Program-made: the position numbers and the translations under genes
From: Asterias rubens
Lineage: Eukaryota
DNA length: 64,000 nucleotides
NCBI RefSeq assembly: GCF_902459465.1
Contig: NC_047064.1
Location: 11,470,001 to 11,534,000, forward strand
Direction of reading: 5' to 3'
Shown here: positions 1 to 14,098 of the stretch, piece after piece
How positions within the stretch are numbered: the stretch's first letter is position 1
How the letters are laid out: every line of letters starts with the position of its first letter
The notes under the pieces: model-generated
Told to the model about the DNA's origin: nothing
The model's input: the letters and a program-made list of their open reading frames with translations, nothing else
Database searches by the model: none

Positions 1-1619
1 AAAAGGTGTCAGACAGGAATTTTTTTAAATAAAAATGATGATGAAAAGTGTTACAAACTAAATCTCTCAGCCAACAATCATACGATCTGCTTTTAGACAT
101 CTCTCACAATTTCATAATTTCTATACATTTACAATGTATTAGGGTGTTTTACATCTTCCAATTGTTTTCGTTTAAAACCATTTATTAGCCTAATTGTTCT
201 TAGGCCAACAGGTATACTATGCTGGTGACACACAATTCATTGTGCTATCTTTAAATAACTTCCTTGTTGAAATCTTTGCTTCATGTATTTGATACAGATT
301 ACACTGTACAATGTACACCATCAGTTTTGAGTTACACTTGAACTGTAATATTTTATGCTGTCAATGAATATTAACTACATATCATGTAGGACCTGTTTGT
401 ACAAAGTACATGTATCACAAGACTTCTCTGGAATAAGAATGTGTCCATAGATGAAGCCAAAGTACCTTGACCTTTGCAGAGAATCCATGGTCTGTCAAAG
501 TACAGTGTACCATAATTCCCTTCCTCTCTTGAACAACTGCATACGTTTACCTTGTAACTGATTTGATTGCTTAACTTTTTCTGCATTGGTAAATAATGTT
601 TGGTGATTGGTAAGCAGTGCCTCATATGGGGGCATTCAGAGGATCAATGCTTAAAAATACTGATATATTGTTCCAAATTGTTTTGAAAAGACCTACACAC
701 CCTACATTTTGATTTTAAATATTGACTGACTATTTAACATACCCTATACACTGAAGAATAAAGGTTAAGTTTTAAATGGCTTTCCCTGGCTTCCAGCTTG
801 AAACTTTAAAAAAAAAGATAAAACAGAAGATGTAAAGTCCACGCTGTTCCCCATCAGGCATGAAGGTCAGCTACCTGTATCAAAACAACTTTTTGCTGGT
901 CCCGCTCACATCAATGAAATGAGTCTGAGAAGAGAGCCCTCAAAATGGGCCTTTCGATGGTATAAAACTTGTTAGATTGAGCATTATTCCAAACAAAAGA
1001 ACTGTACAGAAAGTTTTATTTAATTTGAAAAGTGATTTCCTATTTTCAGGACCCACCCACCCACAATTTTGAAAAGTGGATGGTTCCTTAGCCAGCAGCT
1101 GTGTGGCCATCCATTGAACAGTCTTGGAAGGATTTTGGACAGTTTTGGTCAAATAGGATCTAACTGTCAATATGCCCAGCTAAAGGTGGCCAGAATAATC
1201 AAGAACCATTTTAGAACAATTTTGAAGGAGACAAAATTAAGAGTATAATCTAGAACCTAGTGGACTTTTACCTTACTTAGGCCAATAGACTATGCAAGTC
1301 TTACAAGACGTAACGAGAAATACGATAAATGAAGAACATTTTGATTGCAAAATCTAAAGGAGAAAACAAGTACTTCTTACAAGTTTTATCTTATTGGTTT
1401 TAGCTTAATGTACACAAATAGGCCTAATGTGTTAATTAATATTGAAACAAAATATTAAAACTCTTGAACGAGGAAGCTTATTTCATCAAGCTTATTCCAG
1501 AGGTCACACAGTCGGACAAATTGATGTGTGATGCAGTTGATGAAGGGTGCTGATGCCTCAACAACCATACAATGCAATGAAAAGGCATTGTCTTTCTATT
1601 TACAGTATCTGGCGATTTG

Positions 1620-1710
1620 AGGCAGTGGACACTACTGGTAATTACTCAAAATAATTGTGAGCATAATTTTGTTTACTTGGTTACAAGTAATGGAGAGCTG
1701 TCGATTTTGG
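1620..1710. mobile_element. Fragment of T2/Kolobok-type MITE family A (one terminus)
   Basis: aggcagtggacactactggtaattactcaaaataatt matches the terminus of the complete copy at 53793-54082. Confidence 0.7.
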
Positions 1711-4700
1711 GTTTTTGGGGCACATTTTTTTTGCACATCCTACCTATTTCACGGCTTCTTCCAAAGTCCCAGGTCCCTAAGGGCCAGCACTTCAATTGGT
1801 AATGTGCAGTAGGCACAAATTCATTCAAAAAGTTTATCCATGTATTGTTTGCTGTGCCTTCTGCCCTGGGCAGAACAGAACCATGATCCCAAGGACTCTG
1901 TGAAACAGTTGCCTGTGTGCATGCAATCCGCTAGTGTCACACAATGCCAACACACACAGAAACTTCAATGTCAGTTTAAAGACCAATTCTGTGTATTGCA
2001 TTTATAAGAGTTTCTTGTATTATTTTGCCGTCCAAAGCGAACAATGAAATTTAACTTCCTGTAATGTAGCAAATACTAAATTCTTGTTTTTGAGTTATTT
2101 TTCCATTTTGTTCCAACACAACATGTTGATACATTTTGACTCCCATACCTTTAAGTGGTGCTTTTTAAGAGTAAAAGAACAGTTAAGCTCCTTGGGCATG
2201 TCAAGGTGTTGTTTATGAGAAGAAGAGAAGCAGTAAGACACCTAGTCTATTGAGAAGCTCTCGTAATTGTTTTAGAAAGTGCTCTCTGCAGGCATTACCC
2301 AGGTTATTTTGGTGACTTGTGCCCCCCAAGAAATTCTTTGTGTTCCTAGATCTCCATGGCTTCAGGGCTATCCTCCTACAGAAATATCAAATGGACACTT
2401 TTCCAGTTTTAATTATGGGCTGAATTTTTTGTTGGCACGCTTCAGCATAGATCGTCTTCCTCTTCCTATTTCAACCCGCTTCAGAGGCTAGAGGGCTTTT
2501 ACCCAAATTTTCATTTTACCTGATAAAAGTGGACATTAAGCCCAGCGCACTGTCTCTCCACTGTCACTGCATTTTAACATCTGGACCCTGGGGGGTTTTG
2601 CCACTCATGAGATCTCATGCAAGAATGCTTTGTACGGGTTTCTGAATCACCTCTACACCAACCATAGACTAGCTTGACTACAGACAACTCAGTTTGTGTA
2701 AGGCAGTGTACTAAATTGTAGCTACAGTTAAATCCAAAATTGTTATCAACATTTCGAAATGGAAATATTTGTATACAGAGTTAGACTTGCTCAGTCTAAT
2801 AAATTGTTTTGTATATGAATTCAACTTACAAGTAGCTAAATTATAATCTGTTATAAATTAATTTTGCCTTGTGGCAAATTACATTTTGCCTCTGATTTAG
2901 ATTTAGCTGTTTTGTTTGATAGAAAAAGTTAATGGATTTTGATGGAATGAATGTGATAGCAATATTGAGCTGGCAGTGTACAAAATCTATTGCCTTGAGG
3001 CAATGCTCTCTTGAGAAAACATAAATGGCTGATCAAGTGTTGGTTTTACGATTTCCCGGGCCCAAACTTGCTTTGATGGGATAGGATAATGAAAGGCCAA
3101 GTCCCTTGGCAGAGTTAATTCCTGATAGACAAGATATTAGATAATGTTTCAGAGCAAAATTGCAGAACAAATTGCCTTAGAAGACTGAAGTGCCAATTCA
3201 CTGTTTTTCTTGTCTGCAATTCAGCATTGTTGCTATTATTTCAGGTTGGTAGATCAATTTTTGATAGGAACTGGTTATTAGATAATATTGGGCAGAGAAA
3301 TGAAAAACAAATTGACTTGAACCCTGAATCTGTACTTTGATATGTTTTCCATGATAAAATTTTGACAGTCTCGTGTGCATTTTGCCAGCATTTTAAACCT
3401 TATTTATATCGGCGTTTGTGGTTATTTTGTTTCATTGTTTTGATGTTGAATATTTTTGGTTATATTTCTTACTTGTTATTATTGAGACAGTGTTTTGCTT
3501 TTGTTCAGGCAGTGTTTTTAGTTTTGTTAGGGATAGCAAACACATGTTCGTACAAATTATGATTTTCAATTAATTTTTTCATTTTTCCCCTTAGAAGGCT
3601 AAAAGGCACTTTTTTGTAAGGTGCTACAAATAAATGGATGTAAACACAAACTTGGGTAAGCTGAGGGTATAAATTGTTATTCCTATAATTATTAAAACAG
3701 GCCAGACCATGGAATGGAGGCAGTTTATAACCATAAAGCATGTAATGGCCCTTTGTTCCCCATCTTGGCATTTGGTGTTGGGGGGGGGGTGGGGGTAGCT
3801 AGAATGCTGGATGAGAACAGGCAGGTAGAGAGCCTGGTTAAATCGACAAACAATTGTATGAAGAGAATCTACATAATTACTGTGTAGGCCTACATGTATA
3901 TGACATGCCATTTATAAAATGTGTAATTATAATGTGTGGAAATGGACTAAACATGTGGGCAATTCCACACTAATGGACACAAAAGTGTGACATGGGAGGG
4001 GAATGTTTGATAGTAGTAACAAAATGAAGTATGTTGTCTAAAATAAATGTATTGCCCAATGTTGTTCAGATACCAGTTCTACAGACCCTTAGGGATAGTT
4101 ACCAGCCAAAATTAAGAAATTTTCTTCCCTGCTATTTAAGAAATTTAAGTTTTTAAAACAAATGGTTACGTACAAAGAAAGACAGAATTTTGTCACAAAT
4201 TGTCTGTCCAGTGTTTGTACGTGACTTTTCCCCCGTTTTTATTGCCCTAATACCCACAGCAACATCTCAATTTTATTGCTTACAATCTTTAAGAGTCAGA
4301 AAAGTTACTAACACAATATTTTGTAATTGTTTTCACATTTTTTCTGTACTTTCCAGGCCATATGTCTGTCTTTTGTTACATACGCAGCACATTTTAAATG
4401 ACCTTGTAATTCCTAGATATGTAAAACATATTTAAAATGTAAAGGAAAAGACTGTAACAAAATAGTTCCTTTTGTCTCGCTCTCACATGCCTATCTTACA
4501 AAGTTATCCCTTTGGTCCATTAGTGTGGAATGGCCCATGTAGGTCATGAAAATGGACTGAATGTGTTTAGCCAGTAAGATTTGAAAATGGAGCATAAGAC
4601 GAGGCAAGTGAACATTAATTTACCTTGGGCTGTGCATTGTATGATTTAATTGTTTTTTATTTCTTATTGAAATAATTTTTTTTAAATGTTTTTCAGAGAT

Positions 4701-5667
4701 ACTGCGCTGGAAATATTTTATAAAGAGATTGCATTGACCGATTACAAACTTAGGGGTTGAAGGTACTGTTCCTGTACATTTCATGCTAATTGTTTCAGTT
4801 TCAACAATGCAAGAGCAAAACTTGTGTCAGATTTTGTAATGTGGAAAATAGATAAGTAGCCTATTTAGTATTTTTTTTTAAGCTTGTGTTTGAATTGACA
4901 TAGCCAAGCCTTGCTACTTTGACAAGTGATGTTCATGACTATGGTCCATCCATGTCTTGTCAGGAATTACTGGCATTTATCTTCAACACCAAATCCTGGT
5001 TGTACCACAGCGTATCATGGATATAAGCATCTAGAAATTCATTTACATGTAACAGTTGAACCATTGAGCTCCCAGCAGCTTTATAGCTGTATGACTGAAC
5101 TTTGGGCTGGGCTTGTGGCCAAGTGCTCTGATGATTAGTTTGCAAGACAAACTCACCCACAGGGTCAAGATTGTGCTGGATGGGTTCTTGACCTGGGTCT
5201 CACTGCAGGGACCCTGCCCGCAGTTTCCTGTCTGATTAGCGTGTATAAACACCATTGCAAACTGCTTTGATGTGATTTTACTCAGGCAAGCAAAGATCTT
5301 ATTTCATAAATGGCTACTTCTAATGTTGTTTTGTGCAAGTTTTTGGGGTTTTTTTTTGCTGCTTGATTTTGCTTGTTCTTTTGGGGGATTTGCAGTGTTT
5401 TTTTTTGGCAGGCAATGATAAAATTAAATATTCATGAACTTCGAAGGGGCAAAGTAATTTATTCTCTTTGTTTGTTTGAGTGTTTGTGTGTTAAATTTCA
5501 TCACTACTTCATGGGAAATAATAGAAGTAATACGTAATGACACCATAGTGTTACCTGGGTAGCATATTAGCAATGAAATACTGCAGTGTTAAAACAAACA
5601 CAATGTATGCACTTTTAGGATTAAAAGTTTTCAACATTGAAAGGTACATGTACAACCCTGCACTTAC

Positions 5668-5946
5668 AGGAACACTTTGCCTTGGATCGGACGAGTTGGT
5701 CTTTAAAAAGCGTTTAAAATCGTTTGTTGAACTAACACAGTTGGGCATTTATGGGAGTCAAATTTTTGACTTCCATAAATGGCCGAGAGGTAAAACAAAA
5801 ACAAGGTAAAACAAAAACCACGCAATTTCGTGTAGATCATCGTATTCTACTTTAACAACATCTTTCTAACCATATCGATTTTATAACAATCTATTATAGG
5901 ATGCTTTTCAAAGACCAACTCGACCGATCCAAGGCAACGTGTTCCT
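5668..5946. mobile_element. T2/Kolobok-type MITE family B
   Basis: TIRs AGGAACACtTTGCCTTGGATCGG...CCGATCCAAGGCAACGTGTTCCT, followed by TTAA; sister copy at 22267-22574. Confidence 0.85.
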
Positions 5947-7500
5947 TTAAGCTAGAATCCCATAATATGGAAAGTCAATCTGACCTCATTTTGATTGGTT
6001 GGACACCAATCATAGGCCTTGTGAGTCCAATGGTGATCTTTGACCACAGGGCCTTCATATGATCCTTATAGCTCTCAAGTGGCAATGATGATAATCTAAT
6101 AGACTGACTGTAGTGGGGCTTTTAAGTGTCTACAATGAAGTCCACTTTCACACATGTATGCGGATATAGGGACATAGTGTGTGCACTGGTCCTTGCTCTA
6201 TGGTTCATGTATTTATCAGGAAAACTTAGAAACAAAGATGGGTTCTACATGTATGGCTCCATGGTCTTTGCAGTGTCAGCATCCTCTATAACATGCCACA
6301 TCATGTTGTCCGACTTTGCTTAAGGAAAAGCAATGACACTGTTGGAAACTTTCATTTTGGTCTGCTGTTTCGGAATTCTTGACTTGATTGCCTCTGATGA
6401 ATGAAACAATTTTTTTTTAGAAGAAAAAAGAAAGATAAAAACCCATGATGCAAATTTGTTTTTACTTGAGGGATTATGAAATATACCACAGTTTGAAATG
6501 CCACACGGCAGTTAATGCGTGTTCCAAGGTATTGATCAAAGAGCAAACAATTGACTTAAACAAAATATACCCTGGACATAATGGATGAAAGAGTTTGCTA
6601 TTTTGATGTCATAAATGAGACCTAGAATGTGTGATAGAAAAGACAGTGTCAAGCTGGCCGAGCAGGCTCCATCCTGTCTCCTCACTTAATTACTACATGG
6701 TCAAGATTGTGTCTAATGTAACCAGGCTGTATACTTTATACTCCTAGCAAATGCCGACCCTAGGTGTTAAACCTAATTGATATGTGGAGTAGCCACTTAC
6801 CGCTTAAATATTAAATAATATCAAGAGTGTGCCAACAAGAGGCTTTTAAATGCACTTTTCAAGTTCAAGCCCTTCTACTTGCTGACCGTTTTGCATTTTA
6901 ATAGTTTTTCGCAGTCAACTCATTCCCGGCACGTTGCAAATTTCAAGGACCTAGTCATCACAAATCTACGTGGAGAAAATTCCATCCTGAAGAGTGAAAT
7001 GACGAGTTGAATTATTGCCGTTGCTTATTGATGTGTATAAGGCTTACGGTTGAGGGAACTTGATCAGTGTTCAATTATGCACAAGGGATAATGGCAGCGC
7101 TGCAGCCTGACAGCCTTAGACCAGTATCCTCAGCACCTCACACTTCACTGCACATTGCTGCCTCTTAAAGACCAAAGAAAAAGGCAAGTACTTGTATGTT
7201 GGGACTTGTCACATACACTTGGCAATATCAAATATCATTGATGAGGTCATGGGACAAATTGAAGAGAAAGGTTTTGTCTGAATAGGTAATCAGATGTGAA
7301 TTATCTACTCCTATAATCATATTGAAGTGATTTTAGGATGAATTATACAAATAAGGCCTGATTTCACTCCTTGACAAATATGTTTATAGTCAACACAATA
7401 TTGTCCATACAGTATCAGCATGTAAACAACAATTTCGAAACAATAAAGACATTTTCAAATAATAATTAACTAATATTAAGAACAAATAATGTTGATTTAA

Positions 7501-8225
7501 AGGATTCGGGTACTTTTTCAAAATGTCCACAATTTACATTAAACTTACAGGGTTTGAAGATAACGATAGTGGAATGCTGCCCTTCAAATATTACTAACTG
7601 AGGTTCTGTCACAAAATAATTTCCGTCTTATCAATCAATCAATCAATCGTTAAATTTATAAGGCGCTAATCCAACAGTCTTTGCTCATAGCACCGTACAG
7701 TAGGCTTTTCAAAAAAGATGAGATTTAAGTAAAGTTTTGAAATTTGCTTGTTATGAAGGTTGCCTGATGTTCTGAGGAAGATGAATGGTGGTGCAATAGA
7801 AAAGGCACGATCCCCCCAACTGTGTTTAGTTCTTTGAATGTGAAAGAGTGAAGTGTCGGAACAGGAACGCAGATTTCTGACAGGTTCTTTGATTGACAAT
7901 AAGTCAATGAGATATGAAGGGGCTGAGCCATTTAGGCAGCGTCTTAGGAAGACGGAAATTATTTTAGCATGTAAAATCCCATTAACCCGTTATGATATTA
8001 TACCAAAACCATAGCATAACCGTAACTGGTTAATACGTTTTTACAGGCTAAAACAAAATATACCCTGGACATAATGGATGAGACAATGGATGAGACGAAA
8101 GTTATTTGTTTTACTCATTTCTCAAAAACTACAGCACCTCAGTAAGTAAAATTTCAAGGGAAGCTTTCTTTCACCATAATCTTCAAACTGTCTAAATTTA
8201 ATGTAGATCTGTGGACATTGTGTTT
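7501..8225. mobile_element. Disrupted fold-back MITE family C with nested insertions
   Basis: ttaa|aggattcggggtactttttcaaaatgtcc left arm and an inverted right arm at about 8091-8225; matches the intact copies at 23069 and 31026. Confidence 0.7.
7631..7939 (-). mobile_element. L2/CR1-group LINE 3' fragment with (TGAT)n tail and 7-bp TSD
   Basis: Minus strand reads LNGSAPSYLIDLL...RNLRS...WGDRAFSIAPP...FKTLLKSHLF, the typical L2 ORF2 C-terminus; CGTCTTA is duplicated at 7624-7630 and 7940-7946. Confidence 0.88.
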
Positions 8226-8687
8226 AAGATAAAGTTAAAATTACATTTTGCCTATCTCTGTACAATTAAGCCCATATAGTTTGAAGTAAATTGTTTTTGT
8301 AAAATTTGTTAGCAACTGTAGTATGTGTTGAAAATTGATCAGCAGAACTAAATCAACTCTCAGAAAAGAATTTTTAGGACTTTGAAGGGTTAACTGTTTT
8401 CCTTTGCAAATATTGTTGCCACAATGAAACCTTGACTTTTACTAAGGAAAGACAACAGAGGTTTTCATAATTAAAACCAGAATTTGTTGTTGTCTTTTGA
8501 GAAAATATGACAAGGTATTAACCGTGAATCACAGAACCTCTCCGTATGAAATATGCCAGTGGTACGCTGGAATCTTGGTGTTCTCAATTGTGCATTGAGC
8601 CGAATGCAGTGATAAACAATCAGCCTGTCCAGTATTATATATGCCACATTTGTGTAACAAAACGATACAGGTCTGTATTAAACTGGG

Positions 8688-9197
8688 ATTCATAAATACC
8701 CCAGTCAGTTTCACTATTTCTATTGGTTGAGAGTGCGTCACATGGGGGTGTTTAAACGGTTGATTTGACCAGCTAGAGCTGGTTATAACCCGGTTGTTTT
8801 CGGATAGCATAGTGCCCGTTAGTCCACAATCTTGTTTCAAGGAGAGATAAATTTTGCCGCACCATTTTAGCCCATGGATACTAGGACGCATTACTACGTG
8901 CACAAATAAATATCCAAAAACTTTCTCATAAAAATGTACCACATGTACAGAGCTTAACTTCAGACAGAAAAGTTTTTACACCGTTTCCTACATTATTACG
9001 CCTTTTTACCATAATGGCGTTTATGAACGGGAATAAAAGAGTTTTGACTCACTCTTATCAGCCGTTTAAAACCTTGCAGGGTCGTGGCATTGGATTAAGG
9101 CCCTTGCCTTCAGCTCAGGCCTTTATCACACAACCACGACCCTGCCGGTTTTAAATGGTCGATGAAGAACTCGTCGCTTCCCTTTTATTCCCTTATT
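8688..9197 (-). mobile_element. Asymmetric terminal-hairpin element (unassigned superfamily)
   Basis: Hairpin 9029-9192; ggcgtttatgaac at the hairpin foot is inverted relative to attcataaatacc at 8688; same family as 47507-48155 in opposite orientation. Confidence 0.75.
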
Positions 9198-9753
9198 ATT
9201 TAAAAGCATTTTTTTCTGGTTTGTTAAACCTATGTGTTAGACGTGTACTTTTCTTCAAAGATCACAAGATAAAAACCAACATTCAATTCAATATCGCATT
9301 TTCCATTCTGAACAGTACATGCGTGCAATGTTAATGTACGTATGTGCGTGTGCCCATTTAACATAGTTATCTGCCTCTTTAATAATAATTTTTGTATAAT
9401 TTTCTTTTATAGGATTACTCATGTAGTGGCATTCCTTCAAAACTAATAATGGCATCACTGGTTATATTGTAAATCATAAACACCCAGTGTTTGTAGTAAC
9501 AATGACAAACACACATTAAAGTACTTGTTCAATAAAGATTCTTGCCCACTTAACATTAATTGTATGCAAATTATAAATGATATTTTAGGGGTCTGTGTGA
9601 ACAAGTGGCTTTCATTAACTATGGATCACTTGTCTTATTATGCATGAAATACTGTAATATGAAACAACATTTGTATTTAATTTAAAGTGCAAACTTGTGG
9701 TCCATTGAGCAGAGTGGGGTCAACTAAAACAAGCACTCGTGCCACTCTACAAT

Positions 9754-10453
9754 AATAGACTGTGCAAGTCTCGCGCGCACCGGAGCGAGAAATTTATTTT
9801 TTTATGAATCAAATCTTTGCTTTAATTTATTCTAAATACCGTATCTGAACAACAAAAATACCCTATAGAGCTTGTTTAAATTCGTTTTATCTTTTTAAAC
9901 ACATACACAATTATCGGTTAAAGTCTATTTATAGACAAAGGTAAAACTCTGGGACAAGGATGTTTGTTTGATCTTAAATTTTTTGAAACCCCTTTTGTAA
10001 ATCTACGCTCGAATGTGAAACTACTCAAAGCTGGTTTATACGCGGACGCACGATGGTCGCAAGGTTGTTAGATAAACGCATGACGCAGTTTAAAGAGGAA
10101 GCCGACGCCTAAACGACCAATGAAAAGGCTTTTCACCCCGTGCAACCAAAACAAGCGTCTGCGTAAGTTTCGTGATCGGAGATGGGCACAAATTCTAAAT
10201 TTTTACCAAGTAACCTGACCTGAGGTCAAGTTTAAATATCGGTTTTTCTTCGTTATTACGTTGACTTTTTTTTTACTTTTATATATGATGTTAATTAGTA
10301 TTACATTTTTAACAACATGTCATTTTTATGGTCATAAACTACATTAAACTAAAGTAATGGACGAAACAAAATCTCTCCAACGTAAAACTCCATAAGGTTG
10401 GGACCACAATGGTCCCGGAAGTTCAAATCCGCACGAGACTTGCACAGTCTATT
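9754..10453. mobile_element. 700-bp non-autonomous TIR element
   Basis: 20-bp perfect TIR AATAGACTGTGCAAGTCTCG...CGAGACTTGCACAGTCTATT; CpG-rich interior; solo end-like pieces near 1285 and 44095. Confidence 0.8.
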
Positions 10454-11769
10454 GTGACTACTACCTGCAATATTATGTGCAATAAAGCAATTATGCTATA
10501 TGTACGTATTGGATCAGTTACTGTTGTAACTGACTGGCCGTTTTAGTGTCCCATATTTTCTGGATTACATATTAGTTTAGGACCAAAATAACTTGAGAAA
10601 GGCACAGTTTCTGAACAGCTTACAGCAGATTCTTCTCTCTTGGCCTAAACCAGATTGTACTATCTCTACAGCTCTAAACTATGTGTGTTACGTAGTTCTT
10701 TGTGAACCTTTGTTTGTACTAGAGCTGCGGCTGGGGTTTTATCCTTGACTACTATAACATTTATGAGAGACATACAAACTGTAGTTGTATACACAATTTT
10801 TAAAAATGTAACTTTTAAATCTCAAAACTGATTATTAACTATGAGACAGGAGCAACATAGCCTTATTGAATTCCTGAGACGAGAATAATTAACAGTCAGG
10901 ATTGGCTAAAAGGAGAGCAGTAAATAAATGTACACAACTGTGTAGTGTATATTTTGTTTAGACTGCTGGGTTTTTGCATTGCTTAGGTTGTGAGAGTGTG
11001 ACCACAAAATAATCATAAAGGCCATGTGGAAAAGTCGTTAAGAATTCTGCCCATATAATTATATAGTACACTGAACCAGAAAGAGTAATGAAATGGTGAT
11101 ATAGACCCAATTTCATCAAGTACAAAAAGTGTGCTTATTATAACACCAATGTACTATTTGCAACTGGTTTCCTGACTTGTTTTTGCCAGGCATTTAATTG
11201 GGGTAAGATTAAGCAGCTCAATGAAATGTTGTATACCATGTATTTTTCCCCTGTGAAAAGAATAACATTAAAAATTAAAATGGACAAAAATGGATGAAAC
11301 CAAATTGGTGTGGCGGTTTAAAAATATAAAAAAATAAAAGGGCTATGCTTAACTGTCATTATTCAAAATTGTGAACCAAACAGATTTTTATTTTTCTGTT
11401 GAAATTATTAAATAATTGATGAAATCTCAATAAGAAATAGAATCTAGACATTGCTCCTGTGCTTGAAATGACACTCTGTTCATGAAATTTGTTTGTATGA
11501 TCTTAAGACCTGTTTCTCACAACAGCAAGTTTAAAGTTGTACTTATTTGTAATTTCAAAATTTCTGTTATCAAATTTCACTTAGATTTGTTTGCTGAGAG
11601 GTAGTATCAGCAAGATCATAATTGTGAACAAAATCTGCCATTGCATTTGGATATTATTGTAAAAAGAGTGTCGTTTATTGTGCAAGTGGAAAAGCACATG
11701 TTACAGTGTCCATTGTCCAAAATACCATTGTGTTACTTCAAGACTGAACTTTATCAATGGTGTCATTAA

Positions 11770-11899
11770 AGACAGTGGACACTATTGGTAATTGTCAAAG
11801 ACTAGCCTTCACAGTTGGTGTATCTCAATATATGCATAAAATAACAAACCTGTGAAAATTTGAGCTCAATCGGTCATCGAAGTAGGGCGAAGTTGCGAG
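11770..11899. mobile_element. Truncated MITE family A
   Basis: ttaa|agacagtggacactattggtaattgtcaaagactagcc matches the 5' part of 53793-54082. Confidence 0.8.
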
Positions 11900-13542
11900 T
11901 AGTGCTTTCTGCAGCTTCTGATGGATGAATGTGCAATATTATACATGTATATATATAAAGGGGATAAACCTGTTTCAGCCACAGGAGTAGGTGGCAACTG
12001 CCCCTGGAAAAAAAAGTGATTGTATCCCACACCTTGAAGTGGCCTTCAGGCCTTGTGTGTCTACCAACTTGCTTAAGAATAAAATACAAAACTTTTTGAG
12101 GACATGTTTTGCAAATTCTTATTTTGATGACGTCCTCGCACCAAACTGTCTGTTACAGCGCCATCTAGTGACATCAACCATTGATTAGGAAACCCATTCA
12201 CTGGAATCAACAGACATAGCCCTGAGATCAAACACCTAGTTTGTTATCACAAAAACTAATTTTATAGTCTAATGGTCTACTACAATCACCCAACCATTTG
12301 AATACCACGATTTGATCAACGTCTTTTTTGTTTGGAAGACATACACACACACACACAAATTTTTTTGCCTTTTAAATTTGTTTATAAATCTGCTATTACA
12401 ACACATCAATAGCTGATCATGCACCTTTTTGTGAAATCAAGTCATTCATGAAACAATAGACTTTAAAAGTAAATAATTAACCAAATTTAGTTACCACTGT
12501 AATATAATTGACTGTTTTTTATATTTTGTGTGGAGCATACAAGTAATGCGCTTGCTCGGGTAATTTCCCCAACCGATGACAGAGGGAAATTTATTCTCTT
12601 ATTCTACCGGTGTTCTGAAAGACTGAATGCGCCCTCTGGTATTTAATGTTTCTTGCTTTAAATGTGTAGCATCCAAAGTAGTATTCATTGTAGATAACAG
12701 CCTATATTTACATGTGTGTAAGTCATTGAAACAATGTGACTGCTTTTGTGTACTACACAGATGTGTTATGTACATAAGTGATTTGCACTTTTTAGTGAAA
12801 TCTTTTACAGCTATCCAATCTGTAAACATGCAAATTTATACTTATTATTTATCTCAATTTTTTTTTTATATTTGATGGTTCCAAATAAGGGATATAAAGA
12901 TTATTGACCATAAGAGACCCTGACCAAAGATATCCTTCTGCCTGCCTGCCTGCCTGCCTGCAGGCATGCTACTACCCTGCAGGCCTGCTGGTAGGGGTAG
13001 GGGTTATCTCAATCACCTTAGGGGACCTTAGGAAGTCAAAATACGCACATCATATCATGTTGCACACCAATTACTGGACCAACTGAAAACAGTCCTTGCC
13101 TTTTTTTCTCTCTCTTTACACATATTTAAGTCGATACTTAAAAGTAGTTTAGAAATTCAGACTCACTAATTAAAAAGTTCAGAATGTTGTGTTAGCCCTC
13201 ACTGCCCAAGGTTGAACCCTCCTTTGTTGATTAAACTCAAAAACATATTTTACAGAGTTTAGAATGTTCCACATTGAGTTAACAATGACACAATCAAGGA
13301 AATTGATATCAAATTAAGATCCACAGAATAACGAAAAGAATATCAAAGAATTCACTACAATAATGTAAGCTCAAATGTCAACAGAAATGGTGAACTTTTA
13401 TTTGATGGCCAAACTTGTATAAAAACAACACACTGTAAAGGTCGTTTGTTTATTCGAAACAAAGTCGTGATAAGTTCCAAAAATACATATTTTTCTTGCT
13501 CCTATTCTACAAAACTTAACTATAGCAAGACATTTTGACTAA

Positions 13543-14098
13543 GGGAATCAATGTGTGGTAAAGAGGTTTTCAACTAGTGGTTTAAACCCAACGAGGCCTG
13601 GTTCTTGATAATTTTACCAAGACGAAGTCGAGGTAAATTATCAAGAACCAGGCCTCGTTGGGTTTTTAAACCAATAGTTGAAAATCGATTCAACACACTT
13701 TTATTCCCATTCATAAATACCTTTTCGGTCAAAAAACATCAACACTTTTGGGTAAAAAAGTAAAACAAATGCAAAAATTATAATTGTTCAATGATTTCTT
13801 TCAACACAACACCCCTCCATCTATGAAATGGTAAGGCCCTCTGCCGCCCTCGGGTAATAAACTCCTTATAAGGGAATGCTGAGCGCGTCGCGCGTATCGC
13901 GTGATGTGGCACAACTGTCTCGGCTATTGTTCTCGACCAATAGAAATGAAGAAACTGTCTTATAAGAACAGGTGCAAGCAGGCGTGTCACGCCCATGTTT
14001 CAACACTTTTTACTGGTCATAAACAAAGGTATATACACACCCATGTGACGCGCTCTCTACCAATAGGAATAGCGAAACTGTCTGAGGTATTTATAAAT
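13543..14098 (+). mobile_element. Asymmetric terminal-hairpin element (unassigned superfamily)
   Basis: Hairpin 13543-13708 with a gacGAAgtc centre; attcataaatacc (13709) is inverted relative to ggtatttataaat (14086); near-identical family member at 26482-26995. Confidence 0.82.

Noticed and set aside
4697-4762. Exon-like segment (ttttcag...GAAG|gtactg) that could precede exon A
   Set aside because: All three frames contain a stop, and the frame needed for exon A has TGA at 4735. It could only be non-coding, and the donor is weak.
9414-9470. Strong acceptor ttttcttttatag followed by DYSCSGIPSKLIMASL
   Set aside because: No good donor before the stop and no similarity to the missing MFSPP-type exon.
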